Positions 19,241 to 31,203 are shown, numbered from the stretch's first letter. The stretch is DNA of 64,000 nucleotides from an uncultured Gemmatimonadaceae bacterium (GCA_963843845.1 CAWJMB010000002.1:32001-96000); one strand, 5' to 3'. Notes: generated by a model not told the origin, from the letters alone. Made by a program: numbers and translations.

Positions 19241-21198
19241 GGAACGTCCTCGATCGGAATCCGCACGTAGATCGACGTCCCGCTCGCCGAGGACTCGACC
19301 GTCAGGAGGCCGCCGACGAGCGCCGCCCGCTCGCGCATGCTGGCGAGTCCGAGCCGCCGTTCGGTGACGCGAGTCACCGTCTCGACGTCGAAGCCCCGAC
19401 CGTCGTCTTCCACGATGAGCCGCACCTCGCCGTCCGGCCTGTCGATCACGACGCTGACGTGCGACGCCGCCGCATGCCGCGCCACGTTCGTGAGCGCCTC
19501 CTGCACGATGCGATAGAGCGTCGTGCGCACGTCGCGCGGCAGCACGCGCTCCCCTCCCCGCATCACCTCGACTTCGGCGGTGACGCCGTAGCGGACGGCC
19601 CACTCCCGGACGTACGTGTCGACAGCGCTGTCGAAGCCCACGTCGTCGAGCTCCGGCGGGTGCAGGGCGAGTGCCAGCCCCCGCACGTCGCGCGTCATGG
19701 CGAGGGTGAGGTCGTGCAGCTGATCGAGCTGGTCGAGCTGATCGAGCTGGTCGAGCTGGTCGAGCTGCGTCGCCGTGTCGGCGACGCCGCGGCGCAGCGC
19801 CTCGATGCCGAGCGTCAGCCCCGTGAGGTGCTGGCCGAGCTGGTCGTGCAGCTCGCGGGCGAGGCGACGCCGCTCGTCTTCTTCCGCGGAGGCGAGCTGG
19901 CGGCGGAGCTGCGCGTGTTCGGCCACCTCACGGGCGAGCAGGGCGCTCGCTTCCGCCAGCTCGGCCGTGCGCTCGGCCACCCGCTCGGTGATCTCGCGGC
20001 GCCCGCGCTCCGCCGCCTCGAGCGCCATCCGCTGCTCGTGCACGTCGGTCGCCGAGCCGAACCAGCGAACGATCGCTCCGCGCTCGTCGCGGACCGGCTC
20101 CGCCCGCACGAGGAACCAGCGGTACGCGCCGTCCGCCCGGCGGATGCGGTGGATCTGCTGCATCATGCGCCCGGTGTGCGTCGCCTCCGCGAAGTGCGCC
20201 GCCGACGCCGCCCGGTCGTCCGGGTGAATCGCGTCGACCCAGCCCCACCCGGCGGCCTCGGCGATCGGCCGTCCGGTATAGCTCCGCCACTGGTCGTTGC
20301 ACCAGGACATCGACCCGCCAGGATCGCGCTCCCAGAGCAGGTCGGGAACCAGATTCGCGACCGCGCGGAAGCGCGCCTCGCTCTTCCGCAGCGCGTCTTC
20401 GGTTTCCCGGCGCCGCGTCACGTCCTGCCCGACCTTGAGGAAGCCGCGAAGCTCCCCGGCGTCGTCGCGGACGGCGCGCGTGCTCCCTTCGATGAACACG
20501 CGCGTGCCATCGCGCCGCTGGTGCCACCGCACGTCCGGCGCCACACCGTTCCGCCGCGCCTCGGCGCACTCCTGCTGCCAGGCGTGGCACGCGTTGTCCT
20601 CGGGAACGAAGGTGATCTCGACCGGCTGTCCGATCGCGTCGGCCGCCGACCACCCGAACGCTCCCTCGGCGCCCGGCGACCAGGTCTCGATCCGGCCGTC
20701 GGGGTCGGTCGTGAGGATGGCGTAGTCGCGCGCGCTCTCGACGATGAGCCGGTAGCGCTCCTCGCTCTCGCGCCGGGCGGCCGTCAGCGTCTCGTTCGCG
20801 TGCCGCGCCTGTTCGGCCGCCTTGCGCGCGGAGACGTCGGACACGACGCCGATCATCCGGCGGGGGTGCGGCGGGTCACCCTCGAACGCGACGCGCGCGG
20901 TGACGGCGATCCACCGCGTCGTCCCGTCCGGCTGCACGACCCGGATCTCCTCACGCAGCTCGCCACCGCCGGCGGGATCGAGCGCGCGGGCCACCGCGTC
21001 GGCGCATCGCGCGCGATCGTCCGGATGGAGCAGCGTGCTCAACGCCAGGCGGAGCGTGAGTGGTGTGTCGGCGGCGAGCCCGAGCAGCGCGAGCGTCTGC
21101 GCGTCGGGCTCACCGCGGTCGTCGTCCGGATACCACACGAACGACCCCATCTCGGCGGCGTCGAGCGCCAGCTGAAGCCGGTCGTCGGTCTTCCACAT
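19237..21198 (-). CDS. Multi-PAS sensor histidine kinase (HisKA_3 type)
   Basis: Three PAS/PAC repeats, ERRRLARELHDQLGQ, QEALTNVARHA, EDDGRGF, GLASMRER; 4-bp overlap with regulator. Confidence 0.9.
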   Translation of the reverse strand: MWKTDDRLQLALDAAEMGSFVWYPDDDRGEPDAQTLALLGLAADTPLTLRLALSTLLHPDDRARCADAVARALDPAGGGELREEIRVVQPDGTTRWIAVTARVAFEGDPPHPRRMIGVVSDVSARKAAEQARHANETLTAARRESEERYRLIVESARDYAILTTDPDGRIETWSPGAEGAFGWSAADAIGQPVEITFVPEDNACHAWQQECAEARRNGVAPDVRWHQRRDGTRVFIEGSTRAVRDDAGELRGFLKVGQDVTRRRETEDALRKSEARFRAVANLVPDLLWERDPGGSMSWCNDQWRSYTGRPIAEAAGWGWVDAIHPDDRAASAAHFAEATHTGRMMQQIHRIRRADGAYRWFLVRAEPVRDERGAIVRWFGSATDVHEQRMALEAAERGRREITERVAERTAELAEASALLAREVAEHAQLRRQLASAEEDERRRLARELHDQLGQHLTGLTLGIEALRRGVADTATQLDQLDQLDQLDQLDQLHDLTLAMTRDVRGLALALHPPELDDVGFDSAVDTYVREWAVRYGVTAEVEVMRGGERVLPRDVRTTLYRIVQEALTNVARHAAASHVSVVIDRPDGEVRLIVEDDGRGFDVETVTRVTERRLGLASMRERAALVGGLLTVESSASGTSIYVRIPIEDVP

Positions 21199-21526
21199 CA
21201 CACCCTCTCGCTCAGCGAGGAAACGAGAGCGCGGCGATCGGCAGTGCGCGCGTTCCGCTGCCCGTCGTGGTCGACTGCGTAGCGAGAAGCTGGCCACGTC
21301 GACACACGAGTCCGCCCGATGCGTTCGCAGATCCGGTCCATGGTCTCGTCGACGTGCCTCAGGGCGACGAGCTCTCTGGAGATCTCGGCGAGCAGCGCCT
21401 GACGCCGCCCGGCCCGGACGCACCGCCGGCACCGGGCGCGTGCTGCTGGGGGATCGGTTTCGACATGCGATCGCGGGCCGCGCCGCGCATCTGCGATGCC
21501 AGCAGTTTCGCGCCGCATCGCTCGCG

Positions 21527-23389
21527 CTACCGACCGGCCGGCGGCCGCGCGCCGCGCTGCACGCATCCTGCCGCCAGCCGCCGCGGCGCGGTGGCGTCAG
21601 GATAGAGACGCCGCGCCGCGAGCGCGTGCTCACACCGCTCGGCACGGCGCTGACGTGCCGCGGCCAACTCGGCCTGCCGCAGCCGCACGCGGAAGTTGCC
21701 GGGGTCGAGCCGGCCGGCGAGCGCGATCGTCGACGGCCGGCCCGTGCTGAACAGCGCCATCGCACCGATTCCGGCCCCGCTCCGCACGGCGGCGGCGGCA
21801 GGGAGCACGACGAGCGCGACGGCGAACGCGCGGCGGAGGGTCGGCGCCGGCCACGCCAGGCGCCCGGCCATCGTCGCCGAGCCGCACCGTTCGGCGAGCG
21901 CGCCGGCAGCGAGCCAGACGACGAACGTGGGCGTCGCGAGCAGGAGCACGGCGTCGAACGCGCCGACGACCACCGCCGCCCAGAGCGTGGCGCCGAGCAC
22001 CCCGCCGGCGAGAATCTCGTCTGGCTCCCGCGCGCGCCACGCGGCGACGTGCGCCCACCAGGCGAGCGCGACGAACACGAGCCCGAGCGCGACGAACGCC
22101 GCCGGCCCTCGCTCGCTCAACACGGCGACCCAGTCGCTGCTCGGCCACGGGTTCGCGGTGACGTTGCCGGCGCTCGCCATCGACGGATCGCCGTCGGGTG
22201 CGAAGCGCGGATAGCGGACCCCCCAGTTCCCCGTGCCGACACCGAGTGCGGGATGATCGAGCACCATGCGAGCAGAGTTCGCCCACTGCTTGAGTCGCCC
22301 CTGCCCGCTGCCGCTTCGATAGTCGACGACGCCACGCACCGACTCGAGGTACGGGTTGTCGCTGTTCCAGTTCAGGGTGTTCGGAATGAGGAGCGCGCCA
22401 GCCGCGCCTCCGACGACGGCGAGCGCGGCGACCGCCAGCCGCACGGAGGACGAGCGTGTCGAGGAGGGCGCCGTGGAGCGCTCCCCGGCGCGCGCTGCGG
22501 AGTGCGCGGCACGCCGCGCGCGGAGCACACCGACCGCGAACGGAAGCGTCGCCGCCACGGCGGCCAGGTACGCGCCGCGGCTGCGCGACAGCACGAGCGC
22601 CGCCGTCGTCGCCGCGAGCCCGAGCGCCGCGCCGGCGCTCGTGAGGCGGCGGTCGGCGCCGAGCAGCCTGTATCCGAGCAGTGGCGCGCCAACGGCTGCG
22701 AGGTGCGCGACGAAGTTGCGGTTGCCGAAGGTGCCGCCCGGCGCACGGTTCAGGCTGAAGAGCTCGCTCTCGATGCCGTACGCTTGCAGCAGCGCCGTCG
22801 CCGCCGCGATCGCGCAGACCGCGCCGGCCGCCCCGACGATCGCGTCGCCGAAGCCGCGGCGCGCGAGGTGGCGCGCCGACCAGAACAGCACCGCGCCGGA
22901 CAGCGTGATGGCGAGCGCCCGCGCCGCGAGCCATCGGTTCGGCGCCGCGAGCGCCGACGCTGTCGACAGGGCGAGATAGCCGACCAGCAGCAGGTCGACC
23001 CATGTCGCCCCCGGTCGCTCGGCGTGAAGCTCGGCGATCGCTGTTGGGGGGGGGTGATGGAGCGGCATCCCCGGTACTGGCCTCTGTTCGGACACTCGCG
23101 CGACACGTCGCAGGCACAGCGCAGCACACAGCGCGGCGGCGAGGTGCAGCATCAGCTCTTTCGGAAGAAAGAATCGATCGAGCTCGAACAGCTTGTACGT
23201 CGTCGCGGCGAGCGGCAGCGCGACGGCGGCGATCTGCAGCACGCGCCAGGCGCGGTGATCTCGATCGGATGACGAGAGGGAGCGAAGCGGCACTGCGACG
23301 GGAAGTGTGGGATGCCCCGGGGGCTCCGGATGCCAGGGGCGCGCGGCGAGCTCGGCACTGCGTGCCGTCCGCTCCGGGCTCCGACGCAT
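21527..23389 (-). CDS. O-antigen ligase (Wzy_C)-like membrane protein; start uncertain
   Basis: Many TM segments, GTFGNRNF, LSRSRGA, GVGTGNW, ERG; canonical His region reads NPWPSSDW. Confidence 0.75.
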   Translation of the reverse strand: MRRSPERTARSAELAARPWHPEPPGHPTLPVAVPLRSLSSSDRDHRAWRVLQIAAVALPLAATTYKLFELDRFFLPKELMLHLAAALCAALCLRRVARVSEQRPVPGMPLHHPPPTAIAELHAERPGATWVDLLLVGYLALSTASALAAPNRWLAARALAITLSGAVLFWSARHLARRGFGDAIVGAAGAVCAIAAATALLQAYGIESELFSLNRAPGGTFGNRNFVAHLAAVGAPLLGYRLLGADRRLTSAGAALGLAATTAALVLSRSRGAYLAAVAATLPFAVGVLRARRAAHSAARAGERSTAPSSTRSSSVRLAVAALAVVGGAAGALLIPNTLNWNSDNPYLESVRGVVDYRSGSGQGRLKQWANSARMVLDHPALGVGTGNWGVRYPRFAPDGDPSMASAGNVTANPWPSSDWVAVLSERGPAAFVALGLVFVALAWWAHVAAWRAREPDEILAGGVLGATLWAAVVVGAFDAVLLLATPTFVVWLAAGALAERCGSATMAGRLAWPAPTLRRAFAVALVVLPAAAAVRSGAGIGAMALFSTGRPSTIALAGRLDPGNFRVRLRQAELAAARQRRAERCEHALAARRLYPDATAPRRLAAGCVQRGARPPAGR

Positions 23390-23628
23390 CCAAAGTATCC
23401 CGACGCGTGCTTTTCCAGCTGTTTCTGGCTGACCAGTCAGCCCGCCCGTGAATCCGGGGGTGGCCCCAGGTCCCCGAGTCGCTGGAAATCCTAGCTTTCG
23501 GTCATCGGCGAGTCGTCGGCCGCATCGACGCCGCTCGCTCCACCCCTCGCCTGCGTGCCTGTGTGTACGCGCGAGCCAACGTCCGCGTGTGCCCTCGAGG
23601 CGCACGCCGCCACCAGTCATCCGTCCTC

Positions 23629-24435
23629 ATGGCCGCACGCACCCGCTCCACGCTGCTCGGGCAGCTCACGCTCGCCGTGTCGTCGGTCGCGGCGATCATC
23701 GTGGCGTCGACGCAGATCGTGGAGCCGGTGTTCGTCGGACGCGCGCCGGTCGTGCAGCGCCTCGTGGCGGCGACGTGGCGGGATTCTGCCGCCGCACGGG
23801 CGCCGTGGGCGCTCGCCTCGTCCGATTCGGCGACGTCGATGGCGACGGTGCAGTTCGAGGCGGACCGGCAGGCGTTCGCGCGCGACCTCGTCGGCACGGG
23901 GCGGGTCGATGCGGCACGCGCCGATTCGCTCGCGCGGTTCGCGGTGCGCGAGGCGTACCGGAAGCACGTCGCGCCGGCGCTCGTGTTCGGCGTGCTGCTC
24001 ACCGAGAACTCGACGTTCAAGTCGAAGGCGCGCTCGAACGTCGGCGCGGTCGGGCTCATGCAGATTTACCCGAAGATCTGGGTGCCGACGCTCGGCAAGC
24101 TGTTCGGGCGGAATCTGCGCGACGACGAGACGAACCTGCGCTACGGCGTGCACATCCTCAGTCACTACGTCGACCGGGCGGTGAAGAAGGCCGACGCCCC
24201 GACCGAGGACGCGGCCAGCGCGACGAACGTGGTGCGCACGGCGCTCCTTCGCTACAACGGCTGCGTCCGCGGCACGAACACGAAGAACTGCCACACGTAC
24301 CCCGACAAGGTCGTGCGCGCGGTCGAGCGGTACGCGACGGCGCAGTGTGGACAGGGCGGGTTCGCGGCGTGCGTCTCGCAGCCGATGCGGCTGCGGATGA
24401 CGGAGACGGTGCAGGTGGCGTCGCTCGGGATGTAG
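23629..24435 (+). CDS. Lytic transglycosylase (SLT domain)
   Basis: LTENSTF (catalytic Glu), GAVGLMQI, NLRYG, ALLRYNG. Confidence 0.85.
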   Translation: MAARTRSTLLGQLTLAVSSVAAIIVASTQIVEPVFVGRAPVVQRLVAATWRDSAAARAPWALASSDSATSMATVQFEADRQAFARDLVGTGRVDAARADSLARFAVREAYRKHVAPALVFGVLLTENSTFKSKARSNVGAVGLMQIYPKIWVPTLGKLFGRNLRDDETNLRYGVHILSHYVDRAVKKADAPTEDAASATNVVRTALLRYNGCVRGTNTKNCHTYPDKVVRAVERYATAQCGQGGFAACVSQPMRLRMTETVQVASLGM

Positions 24436-24493
24436 CGTCTCGACCCGTCGGGGGCGCCGGCCGGTGGCGCAACCGTTGCCGTTCTCGCGACGC

Positions 24494-24952
24494 ATGCACG
24501 TACTCGTCTGTGACGTCGCCGATCTCCGCGTCGCCTGGCCGGCTGCGGCGGTCTGCGAGGTCGTCCGCATGGTCGCCGTCACTCCGCTCCCCGACGCCCC
24601 AGCGCTCGTCGAGGGGGTGATCGACGTCCGCGGCGCGCTCGTTCCCGTGCTCGCGCTCCGCGCTCGGCTCGGTGTTCCATCACGCGTCGTGTCATCAGAC
24701 GAGCACCTGGTGCTTCTGCGACGCAGCCAGCAGCGCGACACTGTCGCGTGTCGGGTCGATCAGGCCCGCGAGCTGACCGAGATCGACGGCTCGGCGATGA
24801 CGACGCCGACGGGGATGGCGGCGGCGGGCCGCGGGGTGGCCGGTGTCGCCACCACCACCGACGGGCTGCTCGTCGTGCACGACATCGACGCGTTCCTGAA
24901 CGAAGCCGAGTCGCTGGCGCTCGACCACGCCCTGCGCGCGTCCGCGACATGA
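24494..24952 (+). CDS. cheW: CheW-like coupling protein (WspB-like)
   Basis: TPLPDAPALVEGVIDVRGALVPVL. Confidence 0.85.
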   Translation: MHVLVCDVADLRVAWPAAAVCEVVRMVAVTPLPDAPALVEGVIDVRGALVPVLALRARLGVPSRVVSSDEHLVLLRRSQQRDTVACRVDQARELTEIDGSAMTTPTGMAAAGRGVAGVATTTDGLLVVHDIDAFLNEAESLALDHALRASAT

Positions 24953-26631
24953 GCTCCCGCCGTGCTGCACCGACCCCGCCGAGCGTGCCGGACCCGCCCC
25001 GCCCCGCCCCGGGCGTCGCCATCGGCGACGAGCGCGGACGGTGGAACGACCCCGCATTCGAGGCGCTGGCTGTACGCGTCTGGGAGGTCGCCGGCCTCGT
25101 GTTCCCGCAGAACCGCATCTCGTTCGCCGAGTCGTCGCTGAAGCGACTGATCGACCGGCTCGGACTGAGCGGTCCGAAGGCGCTCGTCGACGCGTTCGAC
25201 AGTGACTCAACAGTGCGGGAGCACGTACTGGCCGAGTTGACGATCGGGGAGACGTACTTCTTTCGTGACCCGCGGCAGTTCGACGTCGTGCGCGACACGA
25301 TCCTGCCAGCGTTGCGCGAGCGGCGGAACGCCACGCGTCGGCTGCGGCTGTGGAGTGCGGGGTGCGCGTCGGGCGAGGAGGCGTACTCGCTCGTGATGCT
25401 GCTGCGCGAGACAGGATGGCCGCACCCCGCCTCGATCCTCGGCACCGACATCGCGGCACCTCGGTTGGCGGCGGCACGGCGGGGGCGGTACGCGAAGTGG
25501 GCGCTGCGCGGCGTGCCGGAGCATGCGATCGAGCGGTGGTTCTCCGCACAGAGCGGAGCGCGGCTGCAGTTCGTGCTCGATCCGTCGATCCGGCGCGAGG
25601 CAGAGTTCCGGCTGCTGAACCTCGTGTCGGACGAGTACCCGTCGACGGCGAGCGGCGTGTTCGCGATGGACGTCGTATTCTGTCGCAACGTGTTGATCTA
25701 CTTCGACGTCGAGACGGTGCGGCGCGTGGCGGAGCGGCTGCTCGCGTCGCTGAGCGACGATGGGTGGCTGCTGCTCGGGGCGTCGGATCCGCCGCTCATG
25801 GATCTCGTCGACTGTGAGGTGGTGACGACGGGGGCCGGGCTGGCCTATCGCGCGATGCGGGGCGCGCGACGAGGGAGCGTGAAGCACCCGTCGGTCCTCG
25901 TCCGCCCGCCCGGCTCCGCATCACCGCTCTCCACCCGCAGCGTCACCGCCGTCTCACCGGCGTCGGAACGGCGGATCGATGGCCGTGATGCGGAGCCGGG
26001 CGAGTGGACGAGCAACGACGGACGAGCGACCGACCCGCCGAACGCTCGCGCGACCGTCGAGACCACGACCGACGCAGCCACCTCCATCGCTGGCACGCCC
26101 GTGCCCACGACGACCACGGCCGACGCGGCGGCGGCGTACCGTGTCGCCGACTACGACCGCGCGCTCTCGATCGCCGCGGCCGTGCTCGACGGGCGACGCG
26201 AGACCGACGGCGACCCGGCGCTGTGGCTCGTGCGCGTGCGGTCGCTCGCGAACCTCGGCCGGCTCGCGGACGCCGGCGCCGCCTGCGCCGCGGCGCTCGA
26301 CCGGCATCCGCTCTCGGCGGAGCTGCTCTACATGCAGGGGGTGCTGCTCGCGGCGGGCGGACGGGCACGCGACGCCGCGGCGGCGGCGCGGCGCGCGATC
26401 TACCTCGACCGGCACTTCGTTCCCGCGCACATGCTCCTCGGTGAGCAGCTCGCGCGACTCGGCGAGCGGGAACCAGCGGTTCGCGCGTTCGACAACGCCG
26501 AGCGACTGCTCGTGCCGCTGGCACCGGACGTGGTGGTGGCGGGCACCGATGACGCGCCGGCGATCCGGCTGCTGCACGTCGTGCGGAGCCGGCGGGCGGC
26601 GCTCACGGCGTCGGCCGGGAACGCGGCGTGA
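24949..26631 (+). CDS. cheR: CheR methyltransferase with C-terminal TPR (WspC-like)
   Basis: TIGETYFFRD, WSAGCASGEEAYS, FCRNVLIYF, TPR with RAIYLDRHFVPAH. Confidence 0.9.
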   Translation: MSSRRAAPTPPSVPDPPRPAPGVAIGDERGRWNDPAFEALAVRVWEVAGLVFPQNRISFAESSLKRLIDRLGLSGPKALVDAFDSDSTVREHVLAELTIGETYFFRDPRQFDVVRDTILPALRERRNATRRLRLWSAGCASGEEAYSLVMLLRETGWPHPASILGTDIAAPRLAAARRGRYAKWALRGVPEHAIERWFSAQSGARLQFVLDPSIRREAEFRLLNLVSDEYPSTASGVFAMDVVFCRNVLIYFDVETVRRVAERLLASLSDDGWLLLGASDPPLMDLVDCEVVTTGAGLAYRAMRGARRGSVKHPSVLVRPPGSASPLSTRSVTAVSPASERRIDGRDAEPGEWTSNDGRATDPPNARATVETTTDAATSIAGTPVPTTTTADAAAAYRVADYDRALSIAAAVLDGRRETDGDPALWLVRVRSLANLGRLADAGAACAAALDRHPLSAELLYMQGVLLAAGGRARDAAAAARRAIYLDRHFVPAHMLLGEQLARLGEREPAVRAFDNAERLLVPLAPDVVVAGTDDAPAIRLLHVVRSRRAALTASAGNAA

Positions 26632-27431
26632 ACAGAGACGCGACACCCACGACGATGGCCTCGGGAGCACGCGCGTCCGGCGACGCGCCAGCGACTGGCG
26701 ACGGGACTGGCGAAGGAACCGCTGACGGCACCGTCGACTGGAGCGCGATCCGTGAGCGGCTCGCGGCGAGCATTCAGGGTGCCCGCCGCCGTTCGCCGCG
26801 CGACGTGCTCACCGAGCGGGCGCTGGCGCTGGCGCGGCCGGTCGCGCGGTCGGACCGCGGCGGTAGCACAGGCGACACGGGTGGCGGAGGGGTGGCGGGC
26901 GCGGAGGACGTGTCGACGCTCGTCGTCACCGCAGGCGACAGCCGCTACGCCGTGCCGCTCGCCGACGTCGTCGAGATCGTGCGCACCGACCGACTCGTGC
27001 CGCTCCCCGGCGCCGACCCGACGATCGTCGGGGTGATGCCCTGGCGCGGGCGCGTGCTCGCTGTGCGTGCACTCGGCGAGCGCCATGGCGACACGAGTGC
27101 GCCAGGCAGCGGACTCGACCGCTCCGAGCGCGAAGCCGCGAGCGAGCGGCGCGTCGTCATCGTCGACACCGTCGCGACACCGATCGCGCTGCTCGTCGAC
27201 AGCGTCGCAGCGGTACAGACGATGCCATCCGCGTTGTTCGCACCGACGACCGACGAGGTGACGGCCACGCGCGTTCCGACGCTCGGTGTCACCTCGGACG
27301 CCGTCGCCGCACTCGACGTCGCCGAGTTGCGCCGTCGCACCCGCTCGCTCGACGCATCCGCGTCGGGCGCGCCCGCAGCTCCCGCAGCTCCCGCAGCGCC
27401 AGTAGCTCCAGCAGCTTCACGCGACACCTGA
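26628..27431 (+). CDS. cheW: Second CheW-like protein (WspD-like)
   Basis: [11 protein letters not shown] leader, [28 protein letters not shown]. Confidence 0.8.
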   Translation: MNRDATPTTMASGARASGDAPATGDGTGEGTADGTVDWSAIRERLAASIQGARRRSPRDVLTERALALARPVARSDRGGSTGDTGGGGVAGAEDVSTLVVTAGDSRYAVPLADVVEIVRTDRLVPLPGADPTIVGVMPWRGRVLAVRALGERHGDTSAPGSGLDRSEREAASERRVVIVDTVATPIALLVDSVAAVQTMPSALFAPTTDEVTATRVPTLGVTSDAVAALDVAELRRRTRSLDASASGAPAAPAAPAAPVAPAASRDT

Positions 27432-27438
27432 GAACGAC

Positions 27439-28899
27439 ATGGACTGGACAGTCGGCCGACGCATCGGCGTCGGGTACGCGGTCATCCTCACGCTGCTCGT
27501 TCTCCTCGCCGGCGCGGGGGTGTGGGCGCTGCAGCGCACGAGTCGAACGTACGACACTGCGCTGCAAGAGCGTCGTCTCACGCTCGTCCCGACGCTCCGG
27601 GCCGAATCGCAGATGCGCGAGGCGAACGTCAACTTCCTGCGCTATCTCCTCGACGGCGACGAGCGGTGGCGCGCGGGGTCCGACAGCGCGATCGGCGTCG
27701 CCCGCGCGCTCTTGCAGGGAATCCGCGACTCCCTGCCCACCGACCAGCGGGCGTCGGTCGAGCGGCCACTCGCGCTGATCGATCAGTGGCAGCGCGGCGC
27801 GCACGAGGCGATGGACGCGCGGCTCGCCGGCGACCAGGCGCGGGCGCTCGAGATCCGCACGACGCGCAGTCGGCCGGTGCGCGTGCAGCTCGACGCGCAG
27901 CTCGCCGACCGGGTGCGGCAGGTCGAGACGAGCACCGAGACGGCGACGCGCGTCGGCAACGAAGTCGCCGACGCGACCCAGTTCGTGCTCATCCTGGTCG
28001 CCGGGCTGTCGATTCTCGTCGGGGTCGGCCTCGCGGTCCTGCTCAGTCGCGACATCCGCGCGCGTCTGCAGGAGTCGACCGGATCGCTCGCGACGGCCTC
28101 GGCGCAGATCCTCGCCGCCACGACCGAGCAGGCGGCCGGCGCGAACGAATCGATGGCCGCCGTCTCGGAGACCGTCGCGACCGTCGACGAGGTGACGCAG
28201 ACCGCGAATCAGGCCGCGCAGCGTGCCCGCACCGTCGCCGACTCCGCCCAGCGCACGGCCGAGATCAGCCGCAACGGCCAGCGCGCCGTGACCGACGCGC
28301 GCGCGGCGATGGAAGCCGCGCAGCGCCAGTCGACGTCGATCGCCGAGAGCATCGTGCGGCTGGCCGAGCAGGCGCAGACGATCGGCGAGATCACCGCGAC
28401 GGTCGACGACATCGCCGAGCAGACGAACCTGCTCGCGCTGAACGCGGCGGTCGAGGCGGCGCGCGCCGGCGAGGCGGGGCGCGGCTTCAGCGTCGTCGCA
28501 CAGGAGATCAAGAGTCTCGCCGAACAGGCGAAGCGCTCCACCGTGCAGGTGCGCCAGATCCTCGGCGACGTGCAGCGCGCGACGAGCAGCGCCGTCATGG
28601 CGACCGAGCAGGGCACGAAGCAGGTGACCGCCGCGGCGCGCATGGTCGATCAGGCGGGGGAGACGATCGACCACTTCGCGAGCGCATCGGCGGACGCGGC
28701 GCAGGCGGCGGCGCAGATCGTCGCGTCGGCGGGGCAGCAGGCGATCGGGATGGAGCAGATCCGGCAGGCGATCTCGAACATTCACGACGCGACGCAGCAG
28801 AACCTGACGGCGACGCGGCAGACGGAGCAGGCGGCCCAGGGGCTGAACGAGCTGGGAACGAGGATCGTGCGGTTGGTGGGGCAGCGGAACGGCGCGTGA
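27439..28899 (+). CDS. Methyl-accepting chemotaxis protein (2 TM, four-helix sensor)
   Basis: [33 protein letters not shown] hairpin. Confidence 0.93.
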   Translation: MDWTVGRRIGVGYAVILTLLVLLAGAGVWALQRTSRTYDTALQERRLTLVPTLRAESQMREANVNFLRYLLDGDERWRAGSDSAIGVARALLQGIRDSLPTDQRASVERPLALIDQWQRGAHEAMDARLAGDQARALEIRTTRSRPVRVQLDAQLADRVRQVETSTETATRVGNEVADATQFVLILVAGLSILVGVGLAVLLSRDIRARLQESTGSLATASAQILAATTEQAAGANESMAAVSETVATVDEVTQTANQAAQRARTVADSAQRTAEISRNGQRAVTDARAAMEAAQRQSTSIAESIVRLAEQAQTIGEITATVDDIAEQTNLLALNAAVEAARAGEAGRGFSVVAQEIKSLAEQAKRSTVQVRQILGDVQRATSSAVMATEQGTKQVTAAARMVDQAGETIDHFASASADAAQAAAQIVASAGQQAIGMEQIRQAISNIHDATQQNLTATRQTEQAAQGLNELGTRIVRLVGQRNGA

Positions 28900-28937
28900 C
28901 CGCTGCCGAACGACCGACGTCGCCCGCCTGACGCGCC

Positions 28938-31203
28938 GTGGTCGACCGCGACCGCCTGCTCGCACGCCTCCGCGCCACGTTCGCCGAGGAGCTCGAGGAA
29001 CAGATCCGCGTTCTCGAGCCCGACCTGCTCGCGCTCGAGCGCGCGCCGAACGATCTCGCGCGCGTGCAGTCGGTGTTCCGCGTCATGCACACGCTCAAAG
29101 GCGCCGCACGCGCCGCCGGGGTGGCGGACGTCGAGACCCTCTGCCACGCGCTGGAGAGCGAGCTCGCCCCGGCGCGCGCCAGCGGCGTGGCCCCGGAGAC
29201 GCTCGGCGCGCTGCTCGCCGCCGTCGACACGTTGCGCGCCGTCCGCGTGCGGCTTCTCGGCGGCGACGGGTCGGTGCCGGCCGCCGCGCCGAACGCGTCG
29301 ACCGGTCCGACGCCGAGCGAGGTGCGGAGCGAGGCGCCGAGCGAGGCGCGGAGCGAGGTGCGGAGCGAGGTGCGGAGCGAGGTGCGGAGCGAGGTGCGGA
29401 GCGAGGAGGGGGTCGAGGTACCGAGCGAGGTACCGAGCGCCACCGCCCAGCGCGCGACCGACACGCAGATCGCGGCCGCGGCCGACTTCATTCGCATCGA
29501 CCCGGCGCGCATCGACGCGCTCCACGAGCTGGTCGGCGCGCTCGCCGGGGTCGGCGACCGGCTCGGCGCGCGGGCCGACGCGGCGGAGGCGCTCGCCGAC
29601 GCGGCGCTCCACGTGAACGACGCGAGCCCCGACGCGGCGGCCGAGCTGCGCGCGCTCGTCCGCACCAGCGCGGCGCTCGCCGAGACGCTGCGCGACGACG
29701 CGCGCGCGCTCGACACGCTCGGCGGGCGGCTCGGCGGCGCGGTGCGGGCGATGCGGCTGCGGCCGGTGCACGACGTCGTCGAGAGTCTGCCGCGCGTCGC
29801 GCGCGACGTCGCGCAGAGTCTCGGAAAGGAAGTCGACCTCGTCGTCACCGGCGGCGACGTGGAGGGGGACCGCGCGGTGCTCGCCGCGCTGCGCGACCCG
29901 CTGCTGCACCTCGTGCGCAACGCCGTCGACCACGGCATCGAGCCCCCCGACGTCCGCGAGCGCGCGGGCAAGCCGCGCCGAGGCACGGTGACGGTGAGCG
30001 CGTCGATCGCCGGCGACCGCCTGCGCGTCGAAGTGCGCGACGACGGCGCGGGGGTCGACGAGCGCGCGGTGCGCGCGACGCTCGCGCGGCGCGGCGTCGT
30101 GCATCCTGACCGCGCGGCGATCGGCGACGCGCTGTTCGACGCCGGCCTCACGACGCGCGACGAGGCGACGGCGGTGTCGGGGCGCGGCGTGGGGCTCGAC
30201 GTCGTGCGCAGCAACGTCGCGCGACTCGGCGGCACGGTCGACGTCGACTGGCGGCGCGGGCGCGGCACGACGTTCCTCATGGAGACGCCGCTCACGCTCG
30301 CCGTGCTCCGCGCGCTCGTCGTGCGCGTCGGCGCGCAGCAGTTCGCCGTGCCGACGGCGGCGATCGTGCGCGTCGCCCGCGTGGCGCGCGAGCGGCTGCG
30401 CACGCTCGACGGCGTCACCGTGCTCTCAGGCGGCAGCACGTCGCTCGGCCGCTCGGCGAACGACTCGTCGGGCACCCCGCCGACGACCGCGACGGGCGAC
30501 GGGGCGCCGATCCCCTCGTCTCGCTCGCCCGCGCGCTCGGCCCGCCACTCGTCGACCGGCCGATCGGCGAGCACGCGCTCGTCGTCGTGATCACCGCGGG
30601 GAGCGGCGGGGGGCGGCGCGGCGCGTCGCGCTCGTCGTCGACGCGCTCGTCGAGGAGCGCGAGCTGGTGATCCGCCCGATCGAAGGGGCCGGGCACGCGG
30701 CTCGCTTCTATGCCGGCGCGGCGATCGTCGGCGACGCCGGGCTCGTCCTCGTCCTCGCGCCGGGCGCGCTCGCCGGCGCCGGCGCGCGACGCGCGGCCGC
30801 CACGACGGCGCCGCGCGCCGAGCGCCCGCCGCGCGTGCTCGTGGCCGACGATTCGATCACGACCCGAGCGTTGGAGGAGAGTGTGCTGGCCGCTGCCGGG
30901 TACGACGTGGTGACCGCCGTCGACGGCGCGGACGCGTGGCGCGTGGTGCAGGACGGGGGCGTCGACCTCGTCGTGAGCGACGTCGAGATGCCGCGCATGG
31001 ACGGCATCGCGCTCTGCGAGACGATTCGCGCCTCGGCGCGCTTCCGCACGCTGCCGCTCGTGCTCGTGACGTCGCTCGACCGGCCGGAACACCGCGCGCG
31101 CGGACTCGAAGCGGGCGCCGACGCGTACATCACGAAGTCGAGCTTCGAGCAGGACGCGCTGCTCGACGCCGTGCGACAACTCGTCGGCGGGCGGCGCACG
31201 TGA
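28938..31203 (+). CDS. cheA: CheA-REC hybrid kinase (WspE-like), frameshifted in the CheW domain (~30430-30630)
   Basis: FRVMHTLKGAA (HPt), HLVRNAVDHG, SGRGVGLDVV; downstream ORF 30667-31203 has REC (VADDS, SDVEMP, YITK). Confidence 0.88.

Noticed and set aside
21198..21566. Separate 122-aa gene upstream of the PAS kinase
   Set aside because: Only RQALLAEISRELV...ICERIG looks protein-like; more likely an eroded N-terminal sensor remnant, boundaries unsupportable
23400..23500. c-di-AMP (ydaO) riboswitch
   Set aside because: Context fits but the conserved motifs are not found in the right order; kept only as an unassigned structure
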